Shown: piece after piece, positions 1 to 10,332 of the stretch
Layout of the letters: the number at the start of each line of letters is the position of its first letter
Numbering within the stretch: the stretch's first letter is position 1
Assembly: GCA_965221955.1 (NCBI GenBank)
Contig: CBDCTA010000006.1
Span: forward strand, 1 to 48,476
DNA: 48,476 bases
Direction of reading: 5' to 3'
Source: Gammaproteobacteria bacterium
GTDB taxonomy: Bacteria; Pseudomonadota; Gammaproteobacteria; UBA4575
Translations under genes and position numbers: made by a program
Notes under the pieces: model-generated
What the model was told of the DNA's origin: nothing
The model's database searches: none
What the model saw: only the letters and a program-made list of their open reading frames with translations

Positions 1-56
1 ACTGAGTAAAATTAAAAAATAGACAATATCGATAAATTACAATAATAAAATCAGGA

Positions 57-635
57 ATGAGAAAAGTGCATTTTTCAAAATATGTGCTATTTGTTTTTAT
101 ACTTTATACACCCTTCCATAAAGCACTTGCCACTAATGAAAGTGAAAGTATAAATCATAACTTATATAATGCATTTTATTCTGCGATTACGTCTGACAGT
201 TTTATAGAAATAAAAGAATTCTTACAATTTGGGATTGATCTTAATCACAAGTACAACGGCGATTTAACACCATTAATGATAGCCGCAAATTTTGAAAGTG
301 AACGATCTGTAAAAACTTTGATCGATTTGGGTGCAAATACAGAACTTGTATCCAAAGAAAAGATGACTGCACTCGATTATGCAGAAAAAACAAATAACAA
401 AGCAATAATTTCGATTCTTCAAAGATATTCATTCAATAACAAACCATTAGTGAAGGAAATTCAATATTACTTAAAAATATTAAATTACAATACAGGTAAA
501 ATTGATGGCGTCCTTGGCAGAAAAACGGTTTCAGCATTGAAAAAGTTTGCTAAAGATACTAAACAAGCACATCCAGCCGAAATATCCCAAAGACAAGTAG
601 AAATACTAAAAAATACTTATTTTTATCTCAATTAA
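57..635 (+). CDS. Exported ankyrin-repeat protein with C-terminal peptidoglycan-binding (PG_binding_1-like) domain
   Basis: Hydrophobic N-terminus ending in ALA (signal peptide); ankyrin motifs GDLTPLMIAA..V..LI..GAN and MTALDYA; C-terminal VKEIQYYL..LNY..GKIDGVLG.KT..ALKKF. Confidence 0.75.
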   Translation: MRKVHFSKYVLFVFILYTPFHKALATNESESINHNLYNAFYSAITSDSFIEIKEFLQFGIDLNHKYNGDLTPLMIAANFESERSVKTLIDLGANTELVSKEKMTALDYAEKTNNKAIISILQRYSFNNKPLVKEIQYYLKILNYNTGKIDGVLGRKTVSALKKFAKDTKQAHPAEISQRQVEILKNTYFYLN

Positions 636-659
636 AGCATCACGATAAACAAAAGATAA

Positions 660-787
660 GCTCAAGGAAGTGAGCACAGGGATGTGCGAATAAGAAAGCA
701 TCATGGAAGACGACCTACATGGATGTGGCTTATTAGAGCAATGCAGGAGCAGTTGCCAAGGAGCAATTTTCTGCCGCAACAGATTAA
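660..787 (+). repeat. GGA-hairpin repeat element, copy 1 (CsrA/RsmA-site-like array; 51-bp core with 62-bp insert at 713-774)
   Basis: Six GGA motifs, mostly in hairpin loops (GCTCA-AGGAAG-TGAGC, GCAC-AGGGAT-GTGC, CTAC-ATGGAT-GTGG, TGC-AGGA-GCA); core aligns ungapped to 3265-3364 after removing the inserts. Confidence 0.75.
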
Positions 788-1045
788 TGTCTGCAATAGT
801 TTAACTATTACTAGTCTACAAACTTAAACGCAATATCAAAAAGAGCTAACATGCCATTTATAAACCAGAAGCATATTCTAAGCCAGATTGATCAGCGGAG
901 CCTCTTGGTTTAAGCACATGCGATTCTTCTAAACTGTGCGCCCAAATTAAACCTTTTATATCAATCACACCTTTCAGTTCTTCGCCATTTAAGTGCAGGT
1001 TGTATTGTAAATATTATCATAGATCGCACACTCGCCTACGATGTC

Positions 1046-1077
1046 TATAAAAAAGAGAGCGCTCAGCTCTTTTTATT
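1046..1077. terminator. Possible intrinsic (bidirectional) terminator hairpin
   Basis: A-tract, AGAGC-gctca-GCTCT stem, then T-tract; the stem is short. Confidence 0.35.
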
Positions 1078-1248
1078 GCAATCAGCAACCATTCTTCTGT
1101 GAATAGTAACAATCTGTCATTTTAAAAAGCTAGAGCTCATATTGTTAGTATAAATTTTGCTAACTATTACAGCTTAAAAGCTCTAAATCATTCAAATTGA
1201 TCTAATAGCTGTATTTACTTAATACTCAAAAAATACCAATAAATTCTC

Positions 1249-2467
1249 ATGAAAAAATACATATACCTTATAAGCTCTACACTATTAATCATATTTGTAC
1301 TTAATGCATGTGCAACTCAGAATCTAAGTTCGTCTAAAGCGAATAACCCATTACAGATTGATTTGGCATTAGAACGCGAAGCGAATATAACTAAAAGTTT
1401 TCAGGTAGACACCGGTGATTTTTTCACTGCAAACATTTTTGGTAGCAATCAACCCAAACTGATTGAACACGATGAATATTACCAAGTTTCAGTACCAATC
1501 GGCGCCGACATTAACGCCGAGTGTTTTGTATATAACACTGCTTATGATACGGCAGCAAGCTTAATGAGATTGTTCAACGGATCTTTGGGTGCAATGGAAA
1601 AAACAAAGATACACCATATCGATGCAGGTACATTTAAAGACATGCCTTATCTGTATCAAGAAAACATGTATTTGACCAAACAAAATAAAGTTGGAGTACT
1701 AAAAAGCAATCTCTATACCTTTAGACTCCTCATTGTTACTTTGCATACACGATACTCCTGGATACCGCAGCACATTTAAAAAGATGGCTTCAAGTTTTGC
1801 GCGTTCTATTAATATACAACATGCAGCAAAAGAAAATTGGCAACGCGAAGAAATTCTAGTGTGGACATTAAAAGACATGAAGGTAGGCTTTACTTCAAGT
1901 CGCGCGGTACCTGATGAAAATGGCGACATTAAGAATGTAATTGAAACTGCTTTGTTAATTCCTCGCTCTGAAGATGAAGCGTTAACACACGACGAATACA
2001 ATCTCACATGGGAACAACCTAATGGTGAGTTAATTAATGGACGCTATTCAGAAGCAGAAAATGGCGAACTCAAAATCAATGTAACCCTTGACTCAAATGA
2101 GCAAGGTGCATATCACGTATCTGGAATGTTTCAAGGCAAACAAATCGATTCACCAGTAAAAACTAAAGAAAGCGTAGATGGCCCCTTCTACCAGCAACGT
2201 GAAATGGTACGTGCAGCTGCATCAGCGAGTGGGCAATCAAAACCATTGCATATCAACACATATGTACCTTCATTGAACCCGTTGGAAACGATGGAGTTAA
2301 GCGCCAAACCTACTGGCGAACTGGTTGATGGTCACCCTGAATATGAAATGTTGTTTTTAGGTATGAAAGCAATTTCTGTTGTGGATGACCAAGGAAGTAA
2401 ATCGATGGATCTTGAAATGGGCCCATTAAATATTCAACTTTCTCGAGCTTATATTAACGAAAAGTAA
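1249..2467 (+). CDS. Hypothetical lipoprotein (~405 aa), split by a +1 indel in the A run at 1701-1705
   Basis: Lipobox LNAC after a hydrophobic stretch; removing one A joins ORF 1249..1779 to ORF 1733..2467 (…VGVLK-AISIPLDSSLLLCIHDTPGY…). Confidence 0.65.
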
Positions 2468-2481
2468 AGTATGTACGCACA

Positions 2482-3258
2482 ATGCACATACTTAGCTACG
2501 TTGTAATCATTGTATTGTGGCTGTTAAATGCTAGTGTATTAACAGCCCAAGACAATACTTTGTTTATTGGGCAAATGCCTGTTGAAGATGTGCGAAGTAA
2601 AGCCGACAAACATCTTCCACTTCAGTATGAAATTATTCATGCAAACCCCTCAGCGATACAGCAACACCTAGCTAGATGGTTTCCTCAAAATGATCTGCAA
2701 TCGACTTCAATCGCAATAAAAGCAGAACACTACCCACAAGCGAAAGACACAATTGAAGACGAACTGTATCGCGCTTCAACCTTCTTAATCGATTACCAAG
2801 AGCCATCGATAGAAGCATTAACAGAAAAAATTACCAGTGCATATGGAAATACACCCAGCACTAAAGACCTTGAACAGTTTGTATACGATTTTATTAGTGA
2901 TAAAAATTATGCAAATGGATTTGATATTGCATCTCAAGTAGCGAAATCACAAGAAGGAGATTGCACTGAACATGCTGTATTACTCGCCGCTTTGCTACGC
3001 ATGTATAGTTATCCAGCAAGAGTCGTCACAGGTGTATATATATCACTAGATGAACCTAAGCTTGCCTATGGGCATGCATGGACGGAGTACTATGAAGATA
3101 ATAAATGGACTGGACTTGATGCGACACGTATTAGCCAAGAAGTTGATCATCTGCATATACCCTTTGACATCATTGAAAATGAAACCATCGGCTATTCGAT
3201 CGAATTAATAAAATTAGCCCAAACATTAGCGATCGAAAAAATAATCATCAGCGATTAA
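2482..3258 (+). CDS. Exported transglutaminase-like (Cys-His-Asp) protein
   Basis: GDCTEHAVLLAALLR..YPARVVTG, HAWTEYY and W..LDAT motifs; N-terminal signal peptide. Confidence 0.85.
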   Translation: MHILSYVVIIVLWLLNASVLTAQDNTLFIGQMPVEDVRSKADKHLPLQYEIIHANPSAIQQHLARWFPQNDLQSTSIAIKAEHYPQAKDTIEDELYRASTFLIDYQEPSIEALTEKITSAYGNTPSTKDLEQFVYDFISDKNYANGFDIASQVAKSQEGDCTEHAVLLAALLRMYSYPARVVTGVYISLDEPKLAYGHAWTEYYEDNKWTGLDATRISQEVDHLHIPFDIIENETIGYSIELIKLAQTLAIEKIIISD

Positions 3259-3264
3259 TATGTA

Positions 3265-3364
3265 AGCACATGGACGATGTGCAGATGCACAAGTGTCGCG
3301 GGAGACAGGATGTCGGGAGCGACCGTGCGAATATGAGCTCGTCAAGGAAGACGCAACAGATTAA
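3265..3364 (+). repeat. GGA-hairpin repeat element, copy 2 (51-bp core with 47-bp insert at 3277-3323)
   Basis: Five GGA motifs; hairpins GTCGC-GGGA-GAC-AGGAT-GTC-GGGA-GCGAC and CGTC-AAGGAA-GACG; shares the 3' end CAACAGATTAA with copy 1. Confidence 0.75.
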
Positions 3365-3457
3365 AGTTTGAAGATGTTACAACTTCTGCTATTCAACAAA
3401 TTATAAGTGTCGTATTTTCTAATCAATAAATGTTCCTACCACTTCTAGATAAATCAA

Positions 3458-5239
3458 CTACTCTTCCGCCTTCGGCTTAGTTCTTTTCCTAATATGCAAC
3501 TCTTTCAACTGCCTTTCACTCACTTCTGCCGGCGCATCGGTAAGCAAACACGTTGCGTTTTGAGTTTTCGGGAATGGAATGACATCACGAATGGAACTGC
3601 TTCCTGTCATAAGCATGACTAAACGATCCAACCCGAAAGCGATACCACCATGTGGTGGCGCGCCAAATTTTAATGCTTTTAATAAGAAACCAAATTTTTC
3701 TTCTGCCTCTTGTTCTTCTATACCCAACACTTCAAACACCGCTGATTGCATATCTTGATTATGAATACGCACTGAACCACCGCCGACTTCGGTGCCATTT
3801 AACACCATGTCATAAGCTTTACTCAATGCTTCACCGGGGTTGGCTTTAAGTTCTTCTGCACTGCATGTAGGTGCGCGGTAAACGGATGATGCAATGCAGA
3901 CCAACGTTTTGCATCCGCATCCCATTCAAACATGGGGAAGTCGACTACCCAAAGGGGTTTCCAACCTTCTTCTACCATATTTAAATCATGACCCAGTTTT
4001 ACGCGCAATGCACCGAGTGCGGCATTCACTACCGTTTTCTTATCGGCACCGAAGAATAATAGATCTCCATTTTCTACTTTTGAAACTTCAACGAACTGTT
4101 GAATGACATCATCGGATAAGAATTTTAATATCGGTGACTGCAAGCCTTCTTTAAGATCACTTACATCATTACATTTGATATACGCCAAGCCTTTTGCACC
4201 GTATTGGCCTAACGTAGTCGGTATAGCCATCAATTTCTTTTCTAGAAATGTTCGAACCTTGCGGCACTTTTAACATGGCTATGCGGCTTTCCGGATCATT
4301 CGCCGGGCCATTGAACACTTTGAACTCTACATTTTTCATTACATCGGTAATGTCGATGAATTCTAATGGTATGCGTAAGTCGGGCTTGTCACTTCCAAAA
4401 CGATGCATGGCTTCTGCATAGGTCATTCTTGAGAAGGGGTTGTCTAATTCAACATTGCAGTTTTCTTTAAACGATTCACGCATCATGTCTTCCATAATGT
4501 TCATGATTTCATCTTGGTTCATGAAAGAAGTTTCAATATCCAACTGGGTGAATTCCGGTTGACGATCGGCACGCAAGTCTTCATCCCTGAAACAACGCAC
4601 AATTTGATAATAACGATCAAAGCCACTCATCATGAGTAACTGTTTAAACAATTGTGGCGATTGCGGTAACGCAAAAAACGAACCGGGTTGTGTACGACTG
4701 GGTACTAAATAATCGCGCGCACCTTCTGGTGTGGCTTTGGTGAGGATTGGTGTTTCGATATCTAGAAAACCTTGATTGTCTAAAAAATTGCGAATACCAC
4801 TAGCCACTTTTGCCTTAGCTCGGATACGTTCTTGCATAAAGGGACGACGTAAATCGACATAGCGATATTTCAATCGGTTTTCCTCATGTACATCGTCATC
4901 ATCTAATTGAAACGGCGGGGTATCCGATTCATTCAGCACTTCTAATTCTTTAGCGAGGACTTCGATTTGGCCTGTAGGTAAATCGGGGTTAATGGTGCCC
5001 TCTGGGCGCATGCGTACACGACCTTTGATGCGTAATACATATTCATTACGAATTTGTTCGGCAATGGAAAAAATCTCAGGGGTATCCGGATCAAACACCA
5101 CTTGAAGAATACCTTCGCGGTCGCGCAGATCAACAAAGATCACGCCACCGTGATCACGTCTTTTGTTCACCCAACCACAGGCTTCAACTTCCTTATCGAT
5201 CAACTTCTCGGTCACTTGACCGCAATAGTGAGTTCTCAT
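3458..5239 (-). CDS. aspS: Aspartate--tRNA ligase, split over three ORFs by two indels (~4210, ~3875)
   Basis: MRTHYCG start, [45 protein letters not shown] and [15 protein letters not shown]. Confidence 0.97.
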
Positions 5240-5341
5240 TCCTTACCTTATATATGTATGAATACCAAGCGGCAGATGGTACGGATTGCTCGTTGCCTAT
5301 GCAATATAGCTTACAGAGGTAGCCCTAATAAACAGACAGAT

Positions 5342-5710
5342 TTATTCGGCTGATTTTGACTTGGCTTTAGTAGATTTTTTTGTTGAGGACTTGCTATCAG
5401 TCTTTTTTGAATCGATCTTTTTCTTATCTGTGCTTTTGCCGTCTTTATTCTTGCCCCCACCTTGGCTAGATTTTGAATCGGCTTTCTTTTCGCTATCCTT
5501 CGAACTTAAATTACGCTTATTATCGCTATCTGATTTGAAGTCAGTCTCGTACCAACCGGTGCCACTTAAGCGAAAACTAGGCGCTGAAACCAGTTTTTTC
5601 AATTTTAATTTTCCACATTCTGGGCACTTCTTTAAAATCGGATCGCTGACTTTTTGCAGCTCTTCAATGACAGCTTCACAAGCTTGGCACTGGTATTCGT
5701 ATATTGGCAT
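5342..5710 (-). CDS. FmdB-family zinc-ribbon protein with Lys/Ser-rich tail
   Basis: MPIYEYQCQAC...CPECG...F.LSGTGWYETDF; usual position upstream of aspS. Confidence 0.9.
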   Translation of the reverse strand: MPIYEYQCQACEAVIEELQKVSDPILKKCPECGKLKLKKLVSAPSFRLSGTGWYETDFKSDSDNKRNLSSKDSEKKADSKSSQGGGKNKDGKSTDKKKIDSKKTDSKSSTKKSTKAKSKSAE

Positions 5711-5712
5711 GC

Positions 5713-6012
5713 TTATAAAATTTTAAAGTTTTTTAAATCTGTAAGTTCAATTTGTTGGTGACTTAAAGTTTCACAATTTACATTATCCACTACAGCATTT
5801 CTTGGACCTTGCTGCAGCCATTGCTTGAGCTGTTCAATAGCATCCTTGTCACCGTGCGCGAGTACTTCGACATTTCCATCGATTAAATTTTTTGCATAAC
5901 CATTGATATTAAGACGCAAAGCTTGTTCGCGCGTTGAGGCTCGAAAAAATACACCTTGTACTTTACCTGCAATAATGCAGCGTACCGTGACCATATTTTC
6001 ACCCATATCCAT
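5713..6012 (-). CDS. acyP: Acylphosphatase (start probably at 6012, 6006 or 5994 rather than 6081)
   Basis: GKVQGVFFRAST...GYAKNL.DGNVEV...GP..AVV. Confidence 0.9.
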   Translation of the reverse strand: MDMGENMVTVRCIIAGKVQGVFFRASTREQALRLNINGYAKNLIDGNVEVLAHGDKDAIEQLKQWLQQGPRNAVVDNVNCETLSHQQIELTDLKNFKIL

Positions 6013-6130
6013 AGCGTAATTATATGTCCATTTAGTATAAGAAACGCTAAGCCTTTTCTTATATTCGCATACAGAATCCAATATACTATTAAGTAAATAT
6101 AACTAGATTTTTTCAGGAGAAAAAGCAGTA

Positions 6131-7071
<941 letters not shown>

Positions 7072-7097
7072 TTTATCCCTAAATAATACATCAACTA

Positions 7098-7823
7098 TCA
7101 ACTAATATTTAAAGCCATTTTCACAAACGGCACCGTCACTTTTCTTTGCTGAACGAGAGATTGTTTATCCAGCTCGTCTAACAATTCTATTAATTTATCT
7201 AGCTCACGCGGAAAACGTTTCAATAAATAACCACAAACTTCAGGCGATAACTCTAAACCACGCGCTTTTGCGTGCACTTGTATTGCTTGTGCCTTTTCTT
7301 CATCTTCGAGCTGATTGAGCTTATAAACCGGACCCCAAACTAATCTAGAGGCTAAGTCAGAAAAAGAAACCTTAGCTTCATTTGGATTGATACTTGAAGT
7401 CATCACAATCGATTTATTGTTGGCACGCAATTCGTTAATTAAGTTAAATAATTTTCGGTCCCAATTTTCTTGACCTAAAATAACTTCAATATCATCAATA
7501 CAGACCACATCGTGTTGATACATATCTTCTAATATTTTTGCATCAAGCTGTATTAACTCTTGCATGGGTAAATAAATTGCACTCGCTTCAAGCGTTGCAA
7601 ATTGATTACAAATTGCTTGTAGTAAATGCGTTTTTCCAGTGCGAGCTGCTCCCCAAAGAAAATACTGCTTTGGTTCTATTTGAGATGAGGTTTGATTTAG
7701 TTGTTTAAGCTCAGATAGTAGTTGACCTTCGCTCGTATCAACAAAAGTTTCAAAAGTAGCAAACTTTGGTAATGCAATATCTAATGAATATTGCGTAGGA
7801 GCCTGCAGACGAGAAGTCGCCAT
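7098..7823 (-). CDS. hda: DnaA regulatory inactivator Hda
   Basis: Clamp-binding-like QYSL motif, GxxxTGKTHLL, DLASRLVWG; next to purM. Confidence 0.92.
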   Translation of the reverse strand: MATSRLQAPTQYSLDIALPKFATFETFVDTSEGQLLSELKQLNQTSSQIEPKQYFLWGAARTGKTHLLQAICNQFATLEASAIYLPMQELIQLDAKILEDMYQHDVVCIDDIEVILGQENWDRKLFNLINELRANNKSIVMTSSINPNEAKVSFSDLASRLVWGPVYKLNQLEDEEKAQAIQVHAKARGLELSPEVCGYLLKRFPRELDKLIELLDELDKQSLVQQRKVTVPFVKMALNIS

Positions 7824-7859
7824 TCGTATACTAAATTATTAAAGACAAAAAGTTACGAT

Positions 7860-8417
7860 TTAAACTTGTTTACCAGAATGCTTTGCTCTTCTTGAGCGTT
7901 CTTCCACTAAATAGTTGTAGCCACTGGCAATAGTAGTAACAAGTGTTACCCCTATCAATATATTAATTACCAGAGACGGAAAAGCATTCACTTGGCTATA
8001 AATAACCGCAAGAACCAATATGATTTGTACAAATGTATTCAGCTTGCTGATTAAGCTTGGCTCAATTTCTAAACGCCTGGTCATGGAAACATAAGATACG
8101 GCGCCTGCAAGCAAGGCAACATCACGTATAATTACGATAAACACTAACCAATGTGGTAGCAAATGCAGTGCACCTAGAGCAACATAGGCACTGATAAGCA
8201 TGACTTTATCTGCTGCAGGATCAAGGTAAGAACCCAATGTGGTTTTCCAATTAAAGGCCTGCGCCAAATACCCATCTAGTGCATCAGATACGCCCATCAG
8301 TAGACACAGCAATAGCGCGTTATAAAATTGGTTATCAAATAACCACCACACCAACAACGGCACTGCTGCAAAACGCAGTAAGGTGATTACGTTTGGTATG
8401 TATCTCCAATAAGACAT
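7860..8417 (-). CDS. CDP-alcohol phosphatidyltransferase family protein
   Basis: IPNVITLLR...SDALDGYLA...LGSYLDPAADK motif. Confidence 0.9.
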   Translation of the reverse strand: MSYWRYIPNVITLLRFAAVPLLVWWLFDNQFYNALLLCLLMGVSDALDGYLAQAFNWKTTLGSYLDPAADKVMLISAYVALGALHLLPHWLVFIVIIRDVALLAGAVSYVSMTRRLEIEPSLISKLNTFVQIILVLAVIYSQVNAFPSLVINILIGVTLVTTIASGYNYLVEERSRRAKHSGKQV

Positions 8418-8622
8418 GCTATGTCTGTACTCCTCAGTGGATTACAATAAAGTCCCAATTCCATCCACAATTAAAATGCTTATTATTGCTAGCCTTCTGA
8501 TGGTATAAGTATCCGAATTATGAAGCAATTTAAATTGAATATTTGCGATGCAATGCTTTAATTCATTTATTTGTATATAACAATATCAATTAGTTACATC
8601 ACACACTTAAATAAAAAAATAC

Positions 8623-9648
8623 ATGGGCCTTAGTTACAAAAAAGCCGGCGTCGATATTGACGCAGGCAATCAACTTGTTGATCTGATTAAACCTGCGATC
8701 CGCTCCACTCATCGATCTGAGGTGATGTCTAGTCTTGGTGGCTTTGGGGGCTTATTTGCTCTACAACAAAATAAATATCAACAGCCCATACTGGTTTCTG
8801 GCACTGATGGCGTAGGCACTAAACTGCGCTTGGCACAAAAACTAAAACAACATGCCACGATAGGTATCGATTTAGTCGCCATGTGTGTGAATGACGTGAT
8901 TGTTCAGGGCGCCGAACCTCTATTCTTTTTAGATTATTTTGCTACTGGTAAGCTCTCGGTTGAGGAAGCTAAAACGGTAGTTGAAGGCATTGCAGAAGGA
9001 TGCCGCCAATCTGGTGCTGCTTTAATTGGCGGTGAAACTGCTGAAATGCCAGGCATGTATGACGATGGCGAATATGATCTTGCTGGTTTTTGCGTTGGCG
9101 TTGTTGAACGTGATCGGCTCATTGATGGCAGCAATATTAATGAAGACGATGTCATTATTGGCTTACCTTCTAGCGGCATTCATTCAAATGGTTTTTCTTT
9201 AGTCAATAAAATTATTGAAACCACGAACACTTCTCTAGATGAAAAGCTTGATGGTAATAGTTTAGGTGAGTTATTACTTGAGCCCACGATTATTTATACA
9301 CAGATCGTATTAGCACTTTTAGATAAATATGATGTGCATGGTTTATGTCATATAACAGGTGGTGGCTTAGTTGAAAATGTTCCGCGTGTGATTCCTGATG
9401 GTTACCTTGCACAAATTGATAGCCAAAGTTGGGAACGTCCGGTTGTATTTCAATGGTTACAAAATATGGGGCAAGTGGATGAATCTGAAATGTTACGTGT
9501 TTTTAATTGTGGAATGGGCATGCTAGTCATTCTCCCTAAACATCAAGCGGCTGAGGCGATTAAACTCTGCCAAGAAAAAAATCACCAAGCTGTTGAAATT
9601 GGTTGTATTGAAAAATCATCTACTGATCAAAAAATAAAACTTTTATAA
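8623..9648 (+). CDS. purM: Phosphoribosylformylglycinamidine cyclo-ligase
   Basis: [32 protein letters not shown] and HITGGG. Confidence 0.98.
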   Translation: MGLSYKKAGVDIDAGNQLVDLIKPAIRSTHRSEVMSSLGGFGGLFALQQNKYQQPILVSGTDGVGTKLRLAQKLKQHATIGIDLVAMCVNDVIVQGAEPLFFLDYFATGKLSVEEAKTVVEGIAEGCRQSGAALIGGETAEMPGMYDDGEYDLAGFCVGVVERDRLIDGSNINEDDVIIGLPSSGIHSNGFSLVNKIIETTNTSLDEKLDGNSLGELLLEPTIIYTQIVLALLDKYDVHGLCHITGGGLVENVPRVIPDGYLAQIDSQSWERPVVFQWLQNMGQVDESEMLRVFNCGMGMLVILPKHQAAEAIKLCQEKNHQAVEIGCIEKSSTDQKIKLL

Positions 9649-9660
9649 AACAGTAAAACT

Positions 9661-10332
9661 GTGTCAGAACCTTCCTGCAAGATTGCGGTTTTTATTTCCG
9701 GAGGCGGAAGCAATCTACAATCGATCATTGATCATGTGAAACAAAGGCATATCAATGCATCGATCGCTTGTGTAATCAGTAATAATCCAAATGCATACGG
9801 TCTTACACGTGCTAAACAAGCCAATATCCCTACGCATATTATTGAACACAATAAGTATACATCGCGTGAAGTGTTTGATGCGGAACTCGTCAAAATACTT
9901 GAGGTCTATAAAGTTAAGCTAATCGTTTTGGCAGGATTTATGCGCATACTTAGCCCTACTTTCATAAATGAATATCAAGGTAGAATCTTAAATATTCATC
10001 CTTCTTTATTACCTAAATACACTGGGCTGCATACTCATGCACGTGCTATAAAGGCAGATGACTCAGAACATGGTTGCAGTGTACATTTTGTGACTGCAGA
10101 ATTGGACGAAGGTCCAATCATTATTCAAGCTAAAGTTGCAATCAAAAGTTCTGACACAGCCGAAGTGTTAGCCGAACGTGTGCTAGAGAAAGAGCACATT
10201 ATCTATCCTTTAGCAGTTAAATGGTTTTGTGAAGATCGCTTACATTTAGAAAATAATGAGATTCATTTTGATGGTGCTCCCATTGATCAAGCCATCCTGC
10301 TTAATCCTACTCATGAAGAAGAACTGCAATGA
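9661..10332 (+). CDS. purN: Phosphoribosylglycinamide formyltransferase
   Basis: ISGGGSNLQ, LAGFMRIL, NIHPSLLP and ELDEGPII. Confidence 0.97.
   Translation: MSEPSCKIAVFISGGGSNLQSIIDHVKQRHINASIACVISNNPNAYGLTRAKQANIPTHIIEHNKYTSREVFDAELVKILEVYKVKLIVLAGFMRILSPTFINEYQGRILNIHPSLLPKYTGLHTHARAIKADDSEHGCSVHFVTAELDEGPIIIQAKVAIKSSDTAEVLAERVLEKEHIIYPLAVKWFCEDRLHLENNEIHFDGAPIDQAILLNPTHEEELQ

Noticed and set aside
1144-1164. GTTAG-N11-CTAAC inverted repeat upstream of the lipoprotein gene
   Set aside because: Too short to distinguish from chance without comparative data.
636-3364. GGA repeats as integron attC sites
   Set aside because: No RYYYAAC/GTTRRRY ends, no single long imperfect palindrome and no integrase in the window.
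3458-5239. aspS pseudogene or programmed frameshifting
   Set aside because: Essential gene with intact motifs and no slippery site; similar indels occur across the window.
8526-8537. CAATTTAAATTG palindrome upstream of purM as a PurR operator
   Set aside because: Does not resemble the PurR box; such palindromes are expected in AT-rich DNA.
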